Below, piece after piece: positions 29,096 to 38,391 of a DNA stretch of 64,000 bases. The DNA lies in the NCBI GenBank assembly GCA_963841435.1, contig CAWJCS010000005.1, forward strand, positions 736,001 to 800,000, given 5' to 3'. This DNA comes from an uncultured delta proteobacterium. Lineage in GTDB: Bacteria; Myxococcota_A; Polyangia; Polyangiales; Polyangiaceae. How positions within the stretch are numbered: position 1 is the first letter of the stretch; every line of letters begins with the position of its first letter. The notes under the pieces are model-generated. The model made no database searches. It worked only from the letters and a program-made list of their open reading frames with translations, and was not told the origin of the DNA. The translations under genes were made by a program, and so were the position numbers.

Positions 29096-31945
29096 ATGCC
29101 CGACGAGCAACGCGGCAACGAAACCACGGTCCCGCCGGAAGGTGTGACCCCGCCGGACGAGGCGCCCGCGACACCGGACGAGAGACCCGCGACGCCGGAC
29201 GTAGCGCCCACGACACCGGACGATGGCGGCGAGCAACGCCTGTTCCCGCGCGGCAATCCCACGCGTCCGCGCAGCCTGGTCGCCGCGCTCTTCGCCTTCG
29301 CCGTGCCGTTCCTACTCATGGCGACCGACGGGCATCATGCCGTGTCGATCCCGCTCGGCACCCTCGCGTGCGTCACGGGGAGCCTCGCGCTTCTCGACTT
29401 CCTCGGCACGTTCGACGACCCCTACGAGGGGGCCCCGCGCGAGGTCGGACGACTGCTGCCACGGCTCGGCGAGCTCACCGCCAGCATCGTGGTCGTCGTC
29501 GCCGTGCTGCGGCTGGCCGTGGCCGGACGTCTGCCGTGGTCCCTGGCGAGCGCGGCGCTCCTGATCACCGCGAGCAGCTTGTGGGTGGTGACGAGCGTCT
29601 TTCGCCTGCTCGTTGCGCTCGGCGCCATTGACGGCTCACGACCGCTGACGAAGCGCTGGGGATTCTGGCTGATCGTCGCCGGCACGCTGCTCTACCTGCC
29701 GCTGCTCGGCAGCTACTCGCTGAGCGACCCCTGGGAGACGCACTACGGCGAAGTGGCCCGCGAAATGCTGGCGCGCGACGACTGGATCTCGACCTGGTGG
29801 GCACAGGAAAACTGGTTCTGGTCGAAGCCGGTGCTCGACTTCTGGCTGCAGGCGCTGTCCTTCTCGCTCTTCGGCGTGCGGTTCCAGCCGGACCAGATGC
29901 TCGCCGCGGCGACGCACGGCCTCGTTCCGCGGCCGGAGTGGGCCGCGCGCCTGCCGAACGTCGTTTTGACCCTGGTCGCCGGCTACGCCCTCTACCGGGC
30001 CGTGGCCCAGCGCTTCGGCGGCCGCGCGGGGTTTCTCGGCGGGCTCGTGCTCTTCACCCTGCCGTATTGGTACGTGATCGGCCGGCAGAGCATTACGGAC
30101 ATGCCGTACGTCGCGCCGATCACCGCCGCGCTTTCGTTCGTGCTCGTCGCCATGGCGGCCGACCCGGACGCCACGGTTCGTGTCCATCCGATCCGCATCG
30201 GGCGGCGCGTGTTCGGCGTCTCCGCGTACCACCTCCTGTTCACGCTGATCCTCTGCAGCGTGGTGCCGCAGATCCTCTACCTTGCCTCGCGTCACCTCAC
30301 GCTCGTGCTCGAGGCGCCGCCCTACGGCTTTCGCGCCCACCTCGACGAGATCCTCTACGGGTCGCCGGGCAACTGCGGGCTGCCGGGCAACGACGATTGC
30401 CGCATGGTGGCACCTGCCGACCCCGCGCTTCAGCCGGGGCTGCTCGGGCTCGGGACGGCGCTCGTCATGACGCTCTTTCTCTGGGCAAATCGCGGCGAAC
30501 GCCGGCTGCAGCGGCTCGCCTTCCTTTCGGCCTGGTACGCGGTGGCGCTCTCGGCGGCGGCAAAAGGTGCTCCGGGCCTCGTGCTGCCGATCGTGGTCGT
30601 GCTGCTCGCGCTCACCGTCGCGCATCGCTTTCGCGACTTCGCGCGCGCGGAGCTCGTCGGGCTCGTGCTCTTGTTCGTGATGGTGTGCTTGCCCTGGTAC
30701 ACGGCGATGGTCGGGCGCCACGGCTCGGCCTTCACCGATCGACTGCTTTTTCACGACATGTACAAGCGTGCCTTCGTGCACGTCCACGACACCAACACGG
30801 GCGACGACGTGAGCTTCCGCTACTACGTGTGGCAGCTCGGGTACGGCCTCTTTCCGTGGACGGGGCTCGCGACGTTCGGCCTTTTATCGTACCAGCGGGA
30901 AGGCAACGAATCCCGGAGCTCGCGTGCGGAGGCGCTCGCATTCCTGGCGCTCTGGTTCGTGATCGCCTTCTCGCTTTTCAGCTCGTCGCTCACCAAGTTC
31001 CACCACTACGTGCTCCCGGCGGTGCCGCCCATCGCCGTGCTCACCGGTATCCTGCTCGACAGGATGCTCCCCGAGAAGGGGCCCGGCGGGCGACGCCTCG
31101 TCCCCTACCTTCTGGCGGTCGGAGCGGCCGCGCTGCTTCTGCCCTACGGCCTTTTGCGTCTCGCGGGTGGCTCGCTGCTCGGCACCGTGCCGGGGCCCGG
31201 GCCCGCGCCACTCGTCGGAGCGCTGAGCCTCGCTGGCGCTGCGGGCCTTCTCATCGTCGCCCGGCGGCTCTGGCCCGCAGAGGATGCGGCATCGCCGACG
31301 CGTGCGTGGGACGACGCCATCACGGGCGCCTTCGCGATCGCGGCGGCCGCGCTCGTGTTGCTCGTGGGCCGCGACCTCTTCTCGCCCGACGACCCGGAAG
31401 GCCCCGCACGCCTCACGCAGCTTGCAAGCTACAACTACCGGCGACCCTGGCCCGCGACGCTCGATTTCAAGAGCACGCTTCTCGCGCTCTCGCTCGCGGC
31501 GAGCCTCGCAACGATCGCGCTCTCGGCGAAGGCGTTCCGGCACCACGCCGTGGCCCTGATGGTGGGCATCGGCGTCTGGGCCGCCGCCTGGGGCGCGGAC
31601 GCGTACGTCGTGCGGGCGGCCCCCCATTGGGGTCAGCGCGACACCATCATCGAATACTACCGCCGGCGCCGCGGCCCCGAAGAGCCGTTCGTCGCCTACC
31701 AGATGAACTGGAAGGGCGAAAATTTCTATACCGGCAACCATCTGCCGGCGTTCGTCGCCTCGGGCGCAAAATTCAAGAGCTGGCTCGCCGAGCAGCGCGA
31801 CCTCGGTACGCGTGTCGTCTTCTTCACGACGGAGCACTCGCGTGAAAGCAGCCTCAAAGCCGACCTCGGTAAAGTACGACGCTACGAGCGGCTCACGAAC
31901 AAGGCGCTCGACAACAAGTTCTTCGTCGCCCGCGTCGAGCTCTGA
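29096..31945 (+). CDS. Polytopic GT-C glycosyltransferase (ArnT/PMT_2-like)
   Basis: DPWETHYGEVAREM, FWSKPVL, AARLP, KFHHYVLP, many TMs. Confidence 0.85.
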   Translation: MPDEQRGNETTVPPEGVTPPDEAPATPDERPATPDVAPTTPDDGGEQRLFPRGNPTRPRSLVAALFAFAVPFLLMATDGHHAVSIPLGTLACVTGSLALLDFLGTFDDPYEGAPREVGRLLPRLGELTASIVVVVAVLRLAVAGRLPWSLASAALLITASSLWVVTSVFRLLVALGAIDGSRPLTKRWGFWLIVAGTLLYLPLLGSYSLSDPWETHYGEVAREMLARDDWISTWWAQENWFWSKPVLDFWLQALSFSLFGVRFQPDQMLAAATHGLVPRPEWAARLPNVVLTLVAGYALYRAVAQRFGGRAGFLGGLVLFTLPYWYVIGRQSITDMPYVAPITAALSFVLVAMAADPDATVRVHPIRIGRRVFGVSAYHLLFTLILCSVVPQILYLASRHLTLVLEAPPYGFRAHLDEILYGSPGNCGLPGNDDCRMVAPADPALQPGLLGLGTALVMTLFLWANRGERRLQRLAFLSAWYAVALSAAAKGAPGLVLPIVVVLLALTVAHRFRDFARAELVGLVLLFVMVCLPWYTAMVGRHGSAFTDRLLFHDMYKRAFVHVHDTNTGDDVSFRYYVWQLGYGLFPWTGLATFGLLSYQREGNESRSSRAEALAFLALWFVIAFSLFSSSLTKFHHYVLPAVPPIAVLTGILLDRMLPEKGPGGRRLVPYLLAVGAAALLLPYGLLRLAGGSLLGTVPGPGPAPLVGALSLAGAAGLLIVARRLWPAEDAASPTRAWDDAITGAFAIAAAALVLLVGRDLFSPDDPEGPARLTQLASYNYRRPWPATLDFKSTLLALSLAASLATIALSAKAFRHHAVALMVGIGVWAAAWGADAYVVRAAPHWGQRDTIIEYYRRRRGPEEPFVAYQMNWKGENFYTGNHLPAFVASGAKFKSWLAEQRDLGTRVVFFTTEHSRESSLKADLGKVRRYERLTNKALDNKFFVARVEL
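29153..29224 (+). repeat. 21-bp in-frame tandem repeat, about 3.5 copies
   Basis: CCGGACG units encoding PDEAPAT/PDERPAT/PDVAPTT. Confidence 0.75.
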
Positions 31946-32010
31946 ACGGGCGACCTGCGCGCGGCGGCGGAGCGTCGCCGGGCGCCGCCGTTCCACGCTG
32001 CCGGGGCGGC

Positions 32011-33540
32011 CTAGTCCGGCGCGCGGGGCGCCGCGCCCGCGAGGTGCCGTTCGAGCGCATCGAGCAGCCCCGAGACGGTACCGTCGGGCCCCTCGACGTT
32101 GACGCGCACACCGAGCTCGCCGAGCGCGCGACTCGTCACCGGTCCGACGCTCGCGACCGTGATCGCGGAAAGCACCGCGGCAAAGCCGTCACCGACCGCG
32201 TCGGTGATGGCGCGCGCCGTCGAGCCGGACGTGAAGAGCACGACGTCGACACGCCGCTCGCGCAGGGCCGCCGCGAGTTCCGCCTGGCCTGGCGCGGGGC
32301 GCGTCTCGTAGACGGGCACGTCGTGGACCCGGGCACCCGCCTCACGGAGCACCCGCACGATCTCGCCCCCGGCGACCTTCGCGCGCGCGAGCAGCACGCG
32401 TCCCGGCGGCCCGAGCGCCGCTACCTCGCGACCGAGCCCCTCGCCCACACGCTCCTCGGCGACGAGGTCGGCGCGAAGGCCGTGGCGCGCGAGCGTTTCG
32501 GCGGTCCGCGGCCCCACGACGCCCACGCGGGCCTTGCCGAAGGCCCGCGCGTCGCGACCCGCGCGCGTGAGCGCCGCGAAGAAGTGCTCCACGCCGTTCG
32601 AGCTCGTGAAGAGCACCCAGTCGTAGCCGGCGAGCGCTGCCACGGCGCTCGCGACGGGCTCCTCGTCGCTGACCGCGGCAATCTCGATGGCGGGAAGCAC
32701 GAGTGGCTCGGCGCCCCGTTCGCCGAGCTCGCGGGCCGTTTCGTCGGCTTGGCCGGGCGGGCGTGGCACGAGCACGCGCTTTCCGAACAATGGGCGCGCG
32801 TCGTACCAGCGTAGCTTTTCGCGCAAGCTCACGACCTGGCCGACGATGATCACCGAGGGATTGGTGAGGCCCTCGGCGCGAACCCGTTCGGCCACGTCGC
32901 CGAGCGTGGCGACCAGCACGCGCTGCTCGGGCCGCGTGCCCCAGTGAATGACCGCCACGGGCGTCTCGGGCGAGCGCCCTCCCTCGACGATTGCACCCGT
33001 GATGGCCTCGATATGGCGCATACCCATCAGGACGCAAATCGTGTCGGTAGCGGTGGCAAGCTTGCGCCACGCTTCGGGCGACCAGGCGACGCCAGCGCGA
33101 TCGCTGCCGGTGATGAACGTCACGCTCGAGGAAAGCTCGCGGTGCGTGAGCGAGATGCCCGCGTACGCCGCCGCACCCACGGGCGAGGACACGGCCGGCA
33201 CAATCTCGAACGGGACGCCCGCGAGCGCGAGCTCGAGTGCCTCCTCGGCGCCGCGCGCGAAGAGCAGCGGGTCGCCACCCTTCAGTCGAACGACGCGCCG
33301 CCCCGCTCGGGCGAGCTCGATGAGCTGGGAGGTGATGGCCGCCTGGCTCCCCGTCCGCTGCCCGGGCCTCTTGCCGACATCGATGAGCTCGGCGTCCGCC
33401 CGGCAGGCCTCGAGCAGCCCCGGGTGGGCCAGCGCGTCGTACAGAACGGCGTCGGCCTGGCCCAAGAGCTCGCGGCCCCGCACCGTGATGAGGCCGGGAT
33501 CGCCAGGGCCAGCGCCCACGAGCCACACCTTTCCGGGCAT
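32011..33540 (-). CDS. cobA: Uroporphyrinogen-III C-methyltransferase/synthase fusion (CobA-HemD)
   Basis: VWLVGAGPGDPGLIT, RLKGGDP, then PLFGKRVL, FTSSNGV, FTSGST. Confidence 0.93.
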   Translation of the reverse strand: MPGKVWLVGAGPGDPGLITVRGRELLGQADAVLYDALAHPGLLEACRADAELIDVGKRPGQRTGSQAAITSQLIELARAGRRVVRLKGGDPLLFARGAEEALELALAGVPFEIVPAVSSPVGAAAYAGISLTHRELSSSVTFITGSDRAGVAWSPEAWRKLATATDTICVLMGMRHIEAITGAIVEGGRSPETPVAVIHWGTRPEQRVLVATLGDVAERVRAEGLTNPSVIIVGQVVSLREKLRWYDARPLFGKRVLVPRPPGQADETARELGERGAEPLVLPAIEIAAVSDEEPVASAVAALAGYDWVLFTSSNGVEHFFAALTRAGRDARAFGKARVGVVGPRTAETLARHGLRADLVAEERVGEGLGREVAALGPPGRVLLARAKVAGGEIVRVLREAGARVHDVPVYETRPAPGQAELAAALRERRVDVVLFTSGSTARAITDAVGDGFAAVLSAITVASVGPVTSRALGELGVRVNVEGPDGTVSGLLDALERHLAGAAPRAPD

Positions 33541-33715
33541 CACTTCGGGAGGGTAGCCTCAACTCAGACGATCGGCGCGCCCCCCCTCATGCGACTAATT
33601 CCAGGTAGACGCCAATCAGAGCCCTCAGGCCGGCCACCTGGCTGGCAACAGACCACCGGAGTGGTAGACTGTAGGTTCGTGTATGCTTTATCCGACAAGG
33701 TACGATTATTCCGCG

Positions 33716-34591
33716 ATGGGCACCTTTGATCGATCGCTAGAAACGGCTCGTGAGGAGACCCTGCCGCCTGCCAGCGGTCGCCGCAGCGATCGCTGGTTCG
33801 TGACCAACGGCGTGGTTGCGGTCGGACCCGTCTCCTTCGAGCTGCTAACCCGCGGGGTGTCAGGTGGCCGGCTGCCGAACGGGTCCTTCGTCCGCCATGA
33901 GTCCTGGCAGGTCTGGCGCCGACTCGACGAGATCGGCTCGCTACCCCCGGACGGGCGCGACGAGACGGTAGAGAGCCTGGCCACCCACAGCGAGGGGCTC
34001 GAGTCGCGGGCGAGCAGCGTCCACGACAGCGCGCCTCCCGCGCCGCCTCGTGACCTCTCGGTGACCCTGCGCCCGAGCGGTCCTCCGCCCGAACGCCACT
34101 CGACGTTCCGAGCCATGGCGGTCGATCCGGCCGGGGTTCTCGCGCACGCGTTCGATCTCTCCGAGGCGCTGCTGCTCACCGTCTCCACGGCGGTGGCCGC
34201 TTCGGGCGCCGAGGTCGGGCTCGTGCACCGCGCTCGGCGCGACCTGCGCTCCGTGGTCACGGTGGGCGGACACGGCCCCGGTACGGAACGCCTGCTCGGC
34301 GAGCGCATCGCCGAGACGGATCCGACACTTGCGGCGGCGCGCAGCGGCTTCACCATCGTCAGCGAGCCGGGCCTTGGCGCCGAGAGCCGCTACGTCGTGG
34401 GCCGGCTCATCCGCTGCCTGCCCGACGTGTGTGGCGCCGCCATGATCCCCCTCACTCTCTACGGAGAGCTCGTCGCGCTGTTCGAGGTCGGGCGTGGCGG
34501 ACAGCCGTTCCGCGCGCGCGAAATCGCTCGCGTCGAGGACGTCGTCGAGGTGCTGGCCGAGCGCGCCGTCACGATGGGCTGGCTCGAGTAG
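33716..34591 (+). CDS. Hypothetical protein with GYF_2-like N-terminal and GAF-like C-terminal domains
   Basis: WFV....VGPVSFE..V.HESWQVW; AAMIPL...ELVALFEV...PF...E. Confidence 0.6.
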   Translation: MGTFDRSLETAREETLPPASGRRSDRWFVTNGVVAVGPVSFELLTRGVSGGRLPNGSFVRHESWQVWRRLDEIGSLPPDGRDETVESLATHSEGLESRASSVHDSAPPAPPRDLSVTLRPSGPPPERHSTFRAMAVDPAGVLAHAFDLSEALLLTVSTAVAASGAEVGLVHRARRDLRSVVTVGGHGPGTERLLGERIAETDPTLAAARSGFTIVSEPGLGAESRYVVGRLIRCLPDVCGAAMIPLTLYGELVALFEVGRGGQPFRAREIARVEDVVEVLAERAVTMGWLE

Positions 34592-34636
34592 GCGAGGGAG
34601 CGCCGGAACCCGAAGCGACGGCGCCGCCCGGCCGTC

Positions 34637-36502
34637 TCAGGCCGAAACGGTCGGCGAGAGGGAAACCGGCGCCGCGTGCTCACGCGAGAACTGCAGCGTG
34701 TGGAGTCGCGCGTAGAGGCCGTCCTGCCGCAGGAGCTCGTCGTGCGTTCCCTGCTCGACGAGGCGGCCCGCCCGCAAGACGAGCACGCGGTCGGCGGAGC
34801 GGATCGTGCTCAAACGGTGCGCGATGACGAGCGCCGTCCGCCCGCGCAAGAGCTCCTCGAGAGCGCGTTGCAGGCGCGACTCGGTGTCGCTGTCGATGCT
34901 CGCCGTCGCCTCGTCGAGCACGAGGATCGGCGCGTCGCGGTAGAGGGCGCGTGCAAAGGCGATGAGCTGCCGCTCGCCCCCCGAGAAGTTCCCGCCTTGC
35001 TCACCGACCTCGGCGTCGAGCCCGTGGTCGCGCGATAGGAACAGATCGAGCGCGCCGAGGCGCCCGAGCACGGCTCGCACGCGCTCGAGGTCGGGCTGCT
35101 CGCCGGCCGCGACGTTCTCGGCAATGGTGCCGGGAAACAGCACGACGTCCTGCGGGACCACGGCGAAGCGGCGCCTCAGCTCGTGGCGGTCCAACGCCGT
35201 CACGTCGTCGCCGAGCACGCGGACGACACCGCGCTCCACGTCGTAGAGCCGGAGCAAGAGCGCCGTGATGCTGGTCTTGCCGGACCCGGTCGGGCCCACG
35301 AGCGCGACGTGCTCGCCGCGACGCACGCGGAAATCGATGTCGCGGAGCACGGGCACGCCCCGCTTGTAACTAAACGTCACGTTGGAGAGCTCGAGCGCGT
35401 CGCCATCGTCGCCGCGCGCGGCGCCCGGCCGGAGCTCGGCGTCGACCTCACCGGTGGAGAGCAGCGAGAACACGCGCTCGGCGCCCGTGAGCGCGCCCTG
35501 CACGAGCGTGTAGCGCTGCGCGAGCTGGCTGATGGGGTCGAAAAACTGCGTGAGGTACGCGCTGAACGCCACCACCGTGCCGAAGCTCACGGGGCGATAG
35601 CCGAGCGCCACGATGATGGAGGCGAGGCACACCGAGCCCACCATGTCGATGGCGGCATCCTGAATCGCCTCCCACTTGATGCTGCGAACGTTGGCGTCGC
35701 GGTAGGCGGCGTTGATCTCGTCGAAGTCCTCCTGGGCGGCGTGCTTTCGCCCGTACGCCTGAATCAGGCTCATCCCCGCGACTTGCTCGTTCATGACGGC
35801 GTTCATGCGCGACGTCCGGGCACGGATCTCGCGCTGCGCCTCGCGCATGGGGCGTCGCATGAGATAGACGAAAAGCGCCACGGGCGGCACGGCGATGAAG
35901 CCGATCAGCGAAAGGCGCCAATCGAGCGTGATCATGAGCACGACGATGCCGACGAGCCGCACGATGTCGCCGATGCCGTTCACCGCACCCGACGCGAAGG
36001 CCTCGAGTATGGCGTCGACGTCGTTGGTGACGCGCGAAACGAGCCGCCCGACGAGCTGCTTGTCGAAGAACGCGAGGCGTCGCTCGTGCAAGAAGCGGAA
36101 CACGTGCCGCCTCAGATCGGCCATCGCACGCGCTCCCACGATCTGCATGGCGTACATGTGCAGAAATCCGAGCACCTGCTCGGTCAGCAAAAGGCCCGCG
36201 AACAAGAGGCCAATCTTCATCAGCTCGTGGCGATCGCCCTTGAGCACCGCCTCGTCGATGCCGCGCATCATCACGAGCGGCCGCAGGAGCGAAAGGCCCG
36301 AGGTGACGAAAAGGACGCAGACGCTGAGGACGATGAGCGCGCGGTGCGGCTTCAAAAACGCCCAGATCTGCCCGATCAGCCGGCGGTCGAAGCCCTTTGC
36401 GAAGCGTTCCTCGTCGTGAAACGCCTTGAGGATGCCCTCGGTACGGCGCCGTGTTTCGTCGGACGCCTTGGCGGAGACCTGCGCGCTCGGCGGAACGCTC
36501 AT
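34637..36502 (-). CDS. ABC exporter subunit (MdlB/TmrAB-like)
   Basis: TM domain plus GPTGSGKT, degenerate FSGGE signature, ILVLDEAT. Confidence 0.92.
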   Translation of the reverse strand: MSVPPSAQVSAKASDETRRRTEGILKAFHDEERFAKGFDRRLIGQIWAFLKPHRALIVLSVCVLFVTSGLSLLRPLVMMRGIDEAVLKGDRHELMKIGLLFAGLLLTEQVLGFLHMYAMQIVGARAMADLRRHVFRFLHERRLAFFDKQLVGRLVSRVTNDVDAILEAFASGAVNGIGDIVRLVGIVVLMITLDWRLSLIGFIAVPPVALFVYLMRRPMREAQREIRARTSRMNAVMNEQVAGMSLIQAYGRKHAAQEDFDEINAAYRDANVRSIKWEAIQDAAIDMVGSVCLASIIVALGYRPVSFGTVVAFSAYLTQFFDPISQLAQRYTLVQGALTGAERVFSLLSTGEVDAELRPGAARGDDGDALELSNVTFSYKRGVPVLRDIDFRVRRGEHVALVGPTGSGKTSITALLLRLYDVERGVVRVLGDDVTALDRHELRRRFAVVPQDVVLFPGTIAENVAAGEQPDLERVRAVLGRLGALDLFLSRDHGLDAEVGEQGGNFSGGERQLIAFARALYRDAPILVLDEATASIDSDTESRLQRALEELLRGRTALVIAHRLSTIRSADRVLVLRAGRLVEQGTHDELLRQDGLYARLHTLQFSREHAAPVSLSPTVSA

Positions 36503-38286
36503 GCGACGGCCGACTCACTCTCTCGACGGCTCAACGCCTGGAGCTCGCTCTCGATGCGTTGCTCCTCGGCAAACGTCGCGTAGACGCCGCCGCTCGTGCG
36601 AAGCTCCGCGTGCGTGCCGCGCTCCACGATGCGCCCGTCGTCGAGCACGACGATCTCGTCGCAACGGGCGGCCGCGGCCACGCGGTGGGTGATGAGCAGC
36701 ACCGAGCGCTCGGCCCGCTGGCGGTCGATAGCCTCGAGAATGGCACGCTCGGTTCGCGCGTCGACGGCGCTCAGAGGGTCGTCGAGAATCAAGATGCGCG
36801 GCTTCGACACGAACGCCATGGCGAGCGCCACGCGCTGCTTCTGCCCGCCCGAAAGCTGCACGCCGCGCTCGCCCACGACCGTATCGTAGCCGTCCGGCAG
36901 CGCCGCGAGCTCCTCGTGGACGTGTACCTCGCGCGCCGACGCTTCGATGCGCGCGCGGCTCTCGACCGAGTCCGGGTCGTCGAGCGGGAAGCCGATGTTG
37001 CGCGCCGCGGTGGTCGAGAACAAAAACGCGTTCTGCTGCGCGTAGCCGATCGCGGACCGCACCGCGGTCAGCGGCAAGTCGCACACGTCGACGCCGTCGA
37101 GGAACACCGTGCCGCGCGGCGTGGGCTGCAGGCGCGCGAGCAACACCGCGAGCGTGCTCTTGCCGCTCGCCGTGCGCCCCACGATGGCGAGCGACTTTCC
37201 GGGCTCGAGCGTGAGGCTCACGTCCTTGAGCACGGGCTGCGTGCCGTACGAAAACGAAAGGTGCCGCACCTCGAGGCGCCCCGCGACGCGGGCGGGCGCC
37301 GGCGCCGGACCGTCTACGATGTCCGGCTCGGCGCGATAGACGTCGAGGAGCCTGTCGAAGGCGGCGCGACCGCGCTGCACCAGGCCGACGACGAAGCCGA
37401 GCGAGAGCAGCGGCCAGGTGAGCCGCCCGAGCGCACGGTTAAACGTCAAAAATGCGCCCGCGTCGAGCACACCTTCGAGAACGAGCGTGCCGCCGTACCA
37501 GAACACGACGAGGATGGCGACGGCGATCGTCACCTGCATGATCGGGCCGAGCGAGCCGCGCAAGCGCGCCAGCGAAAGGCTGCGCTCGAGATACTCGCGG
37601 TTCGTGCGCTCGAACGCCGCAAGCTCCGCCTGCTCGAGCGAGAACGAACGGATCACCCGCACGCCGGCAATGCTGCTCTGCACGCGCGCGCTCATCTTCC
37701 CGAGGGCCGCCTGGTTGTCGCGCGTGCGCGTGTAAAATTCCTGCGACAGTCGGCGCGAGATCAGCAGCAAGAGCGGCAGCGGGCACAGGGCCGCGAGCGT
37801 GAGCTTGCCCGAGATCGGCACGGTCACGGCGAGCGCGCTCACGAGGGCGAACACCGTATTGATGAGGTTCAGCACGCCGAAGCCGAGCAGGAGGCGCACC
37901 TGCACGAGGTCGTTCGTGACGCGGCTCATGATCTCACCCGTGCTCATGCGGCGGTAGAACGACGGCCCGAGCTCGAGCAGGCGCGCCTCGAGCTCGCGGC
38001 GAAGCTCGTACTCGGCGATGCGGCCCGCGTTGAACACGACGACGCGCGAGAGCACCCTCACCACGAACGCCGCCAGCATCACCGCGATGAGCCAGAGCCC
38101 GAGCTCGATGGCCCGCGCGTGCTCGGTACCGAGCACGTCGTTGATGGCGACGCGGAGCCGGGTATCGAACCAGTACTGGCAGGCCTGGTACGCGGCGAGA
38201 AGCAGGACCCCGACCCCGTAGCGCGGCGCGTGGCGCCGGAACTGGGCCGTGAGGCTCGGCGTCTGGGGCCCTTTCGCTTCGGACAT
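36499..38286 (-). CDS. ABC exporter subunit (MdlA/TmrAB-like)
   Basis: TM domain plus GRTASGKST, LSGGQ, degenerate Walker B ILILDD. ATGA overlap with its partner. Confidence 0.92.
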   Translation of the reverse strand: MSEAKGPQTPSLTAQFRRHAPRYGVGVLLLAAYQACQYWFDTRLRVAINDVLGTEHARAIELGLWLIAVMLAAFVVRVLSRVVVFNAGRIAEYELRRELEARLLELGPSFYRRMSTGEIMSRVTNDLVQVRLLLGFGVLNLINTVFALVSALAVTVPISGKLTLAALCPLPLLLLISRRLSQEFYTRTRDNQAALGKMSARVQSSIAGVRVIRSFSLEQAELAAFERTNREYLERSLSLARLRGSLGPIMQVTIAVAILVVFWYGGTLVLEGVLDAGAFLTFNRALGRLTWPLLSLGFVVGLVQRGRAAFDRLLDVYRAEPDIVDGPAPAPARVAGRLEVRHLSFSYGTQPVLKDVSLTLEPGKSLAIVGRTASGKSTLAVLLARLQPTPRGTVFLDGVDVCDLPLTAVRSAIGYAQQNAFLFSTTAARNIGFPLDDPDSVESRARIEASAREVHVHEELAALPDGYDTVVGERGVQLSGGQKQRVALAMAFVSKPRILILDDPLSAVDARTERAILEAIDRQRAERSVLLITHRVAAAARCDEIVVLDDGRIVERGTHAELRTSGGVYATFAEEQRIESELQALSRRESESAVA

Positions 38287-38391
38287 CGGCGGGGTGACTT
38301 AGAGCCCGAAACGACCTGCGGCAAGAGCCCAACTGGCCGCCCGGCGGGTCTTCGGCAGGTTGGCGCGTGGTTTGTCGCGCCGGGCTCCCCG

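Noticed and set aside
7406..29224. Short tandem repeats (27 bp and 21 bp) as CRISPR-like arrays
   Set aside because: They are in-frame coding repeats without unique spacers, and there are no cas genes.
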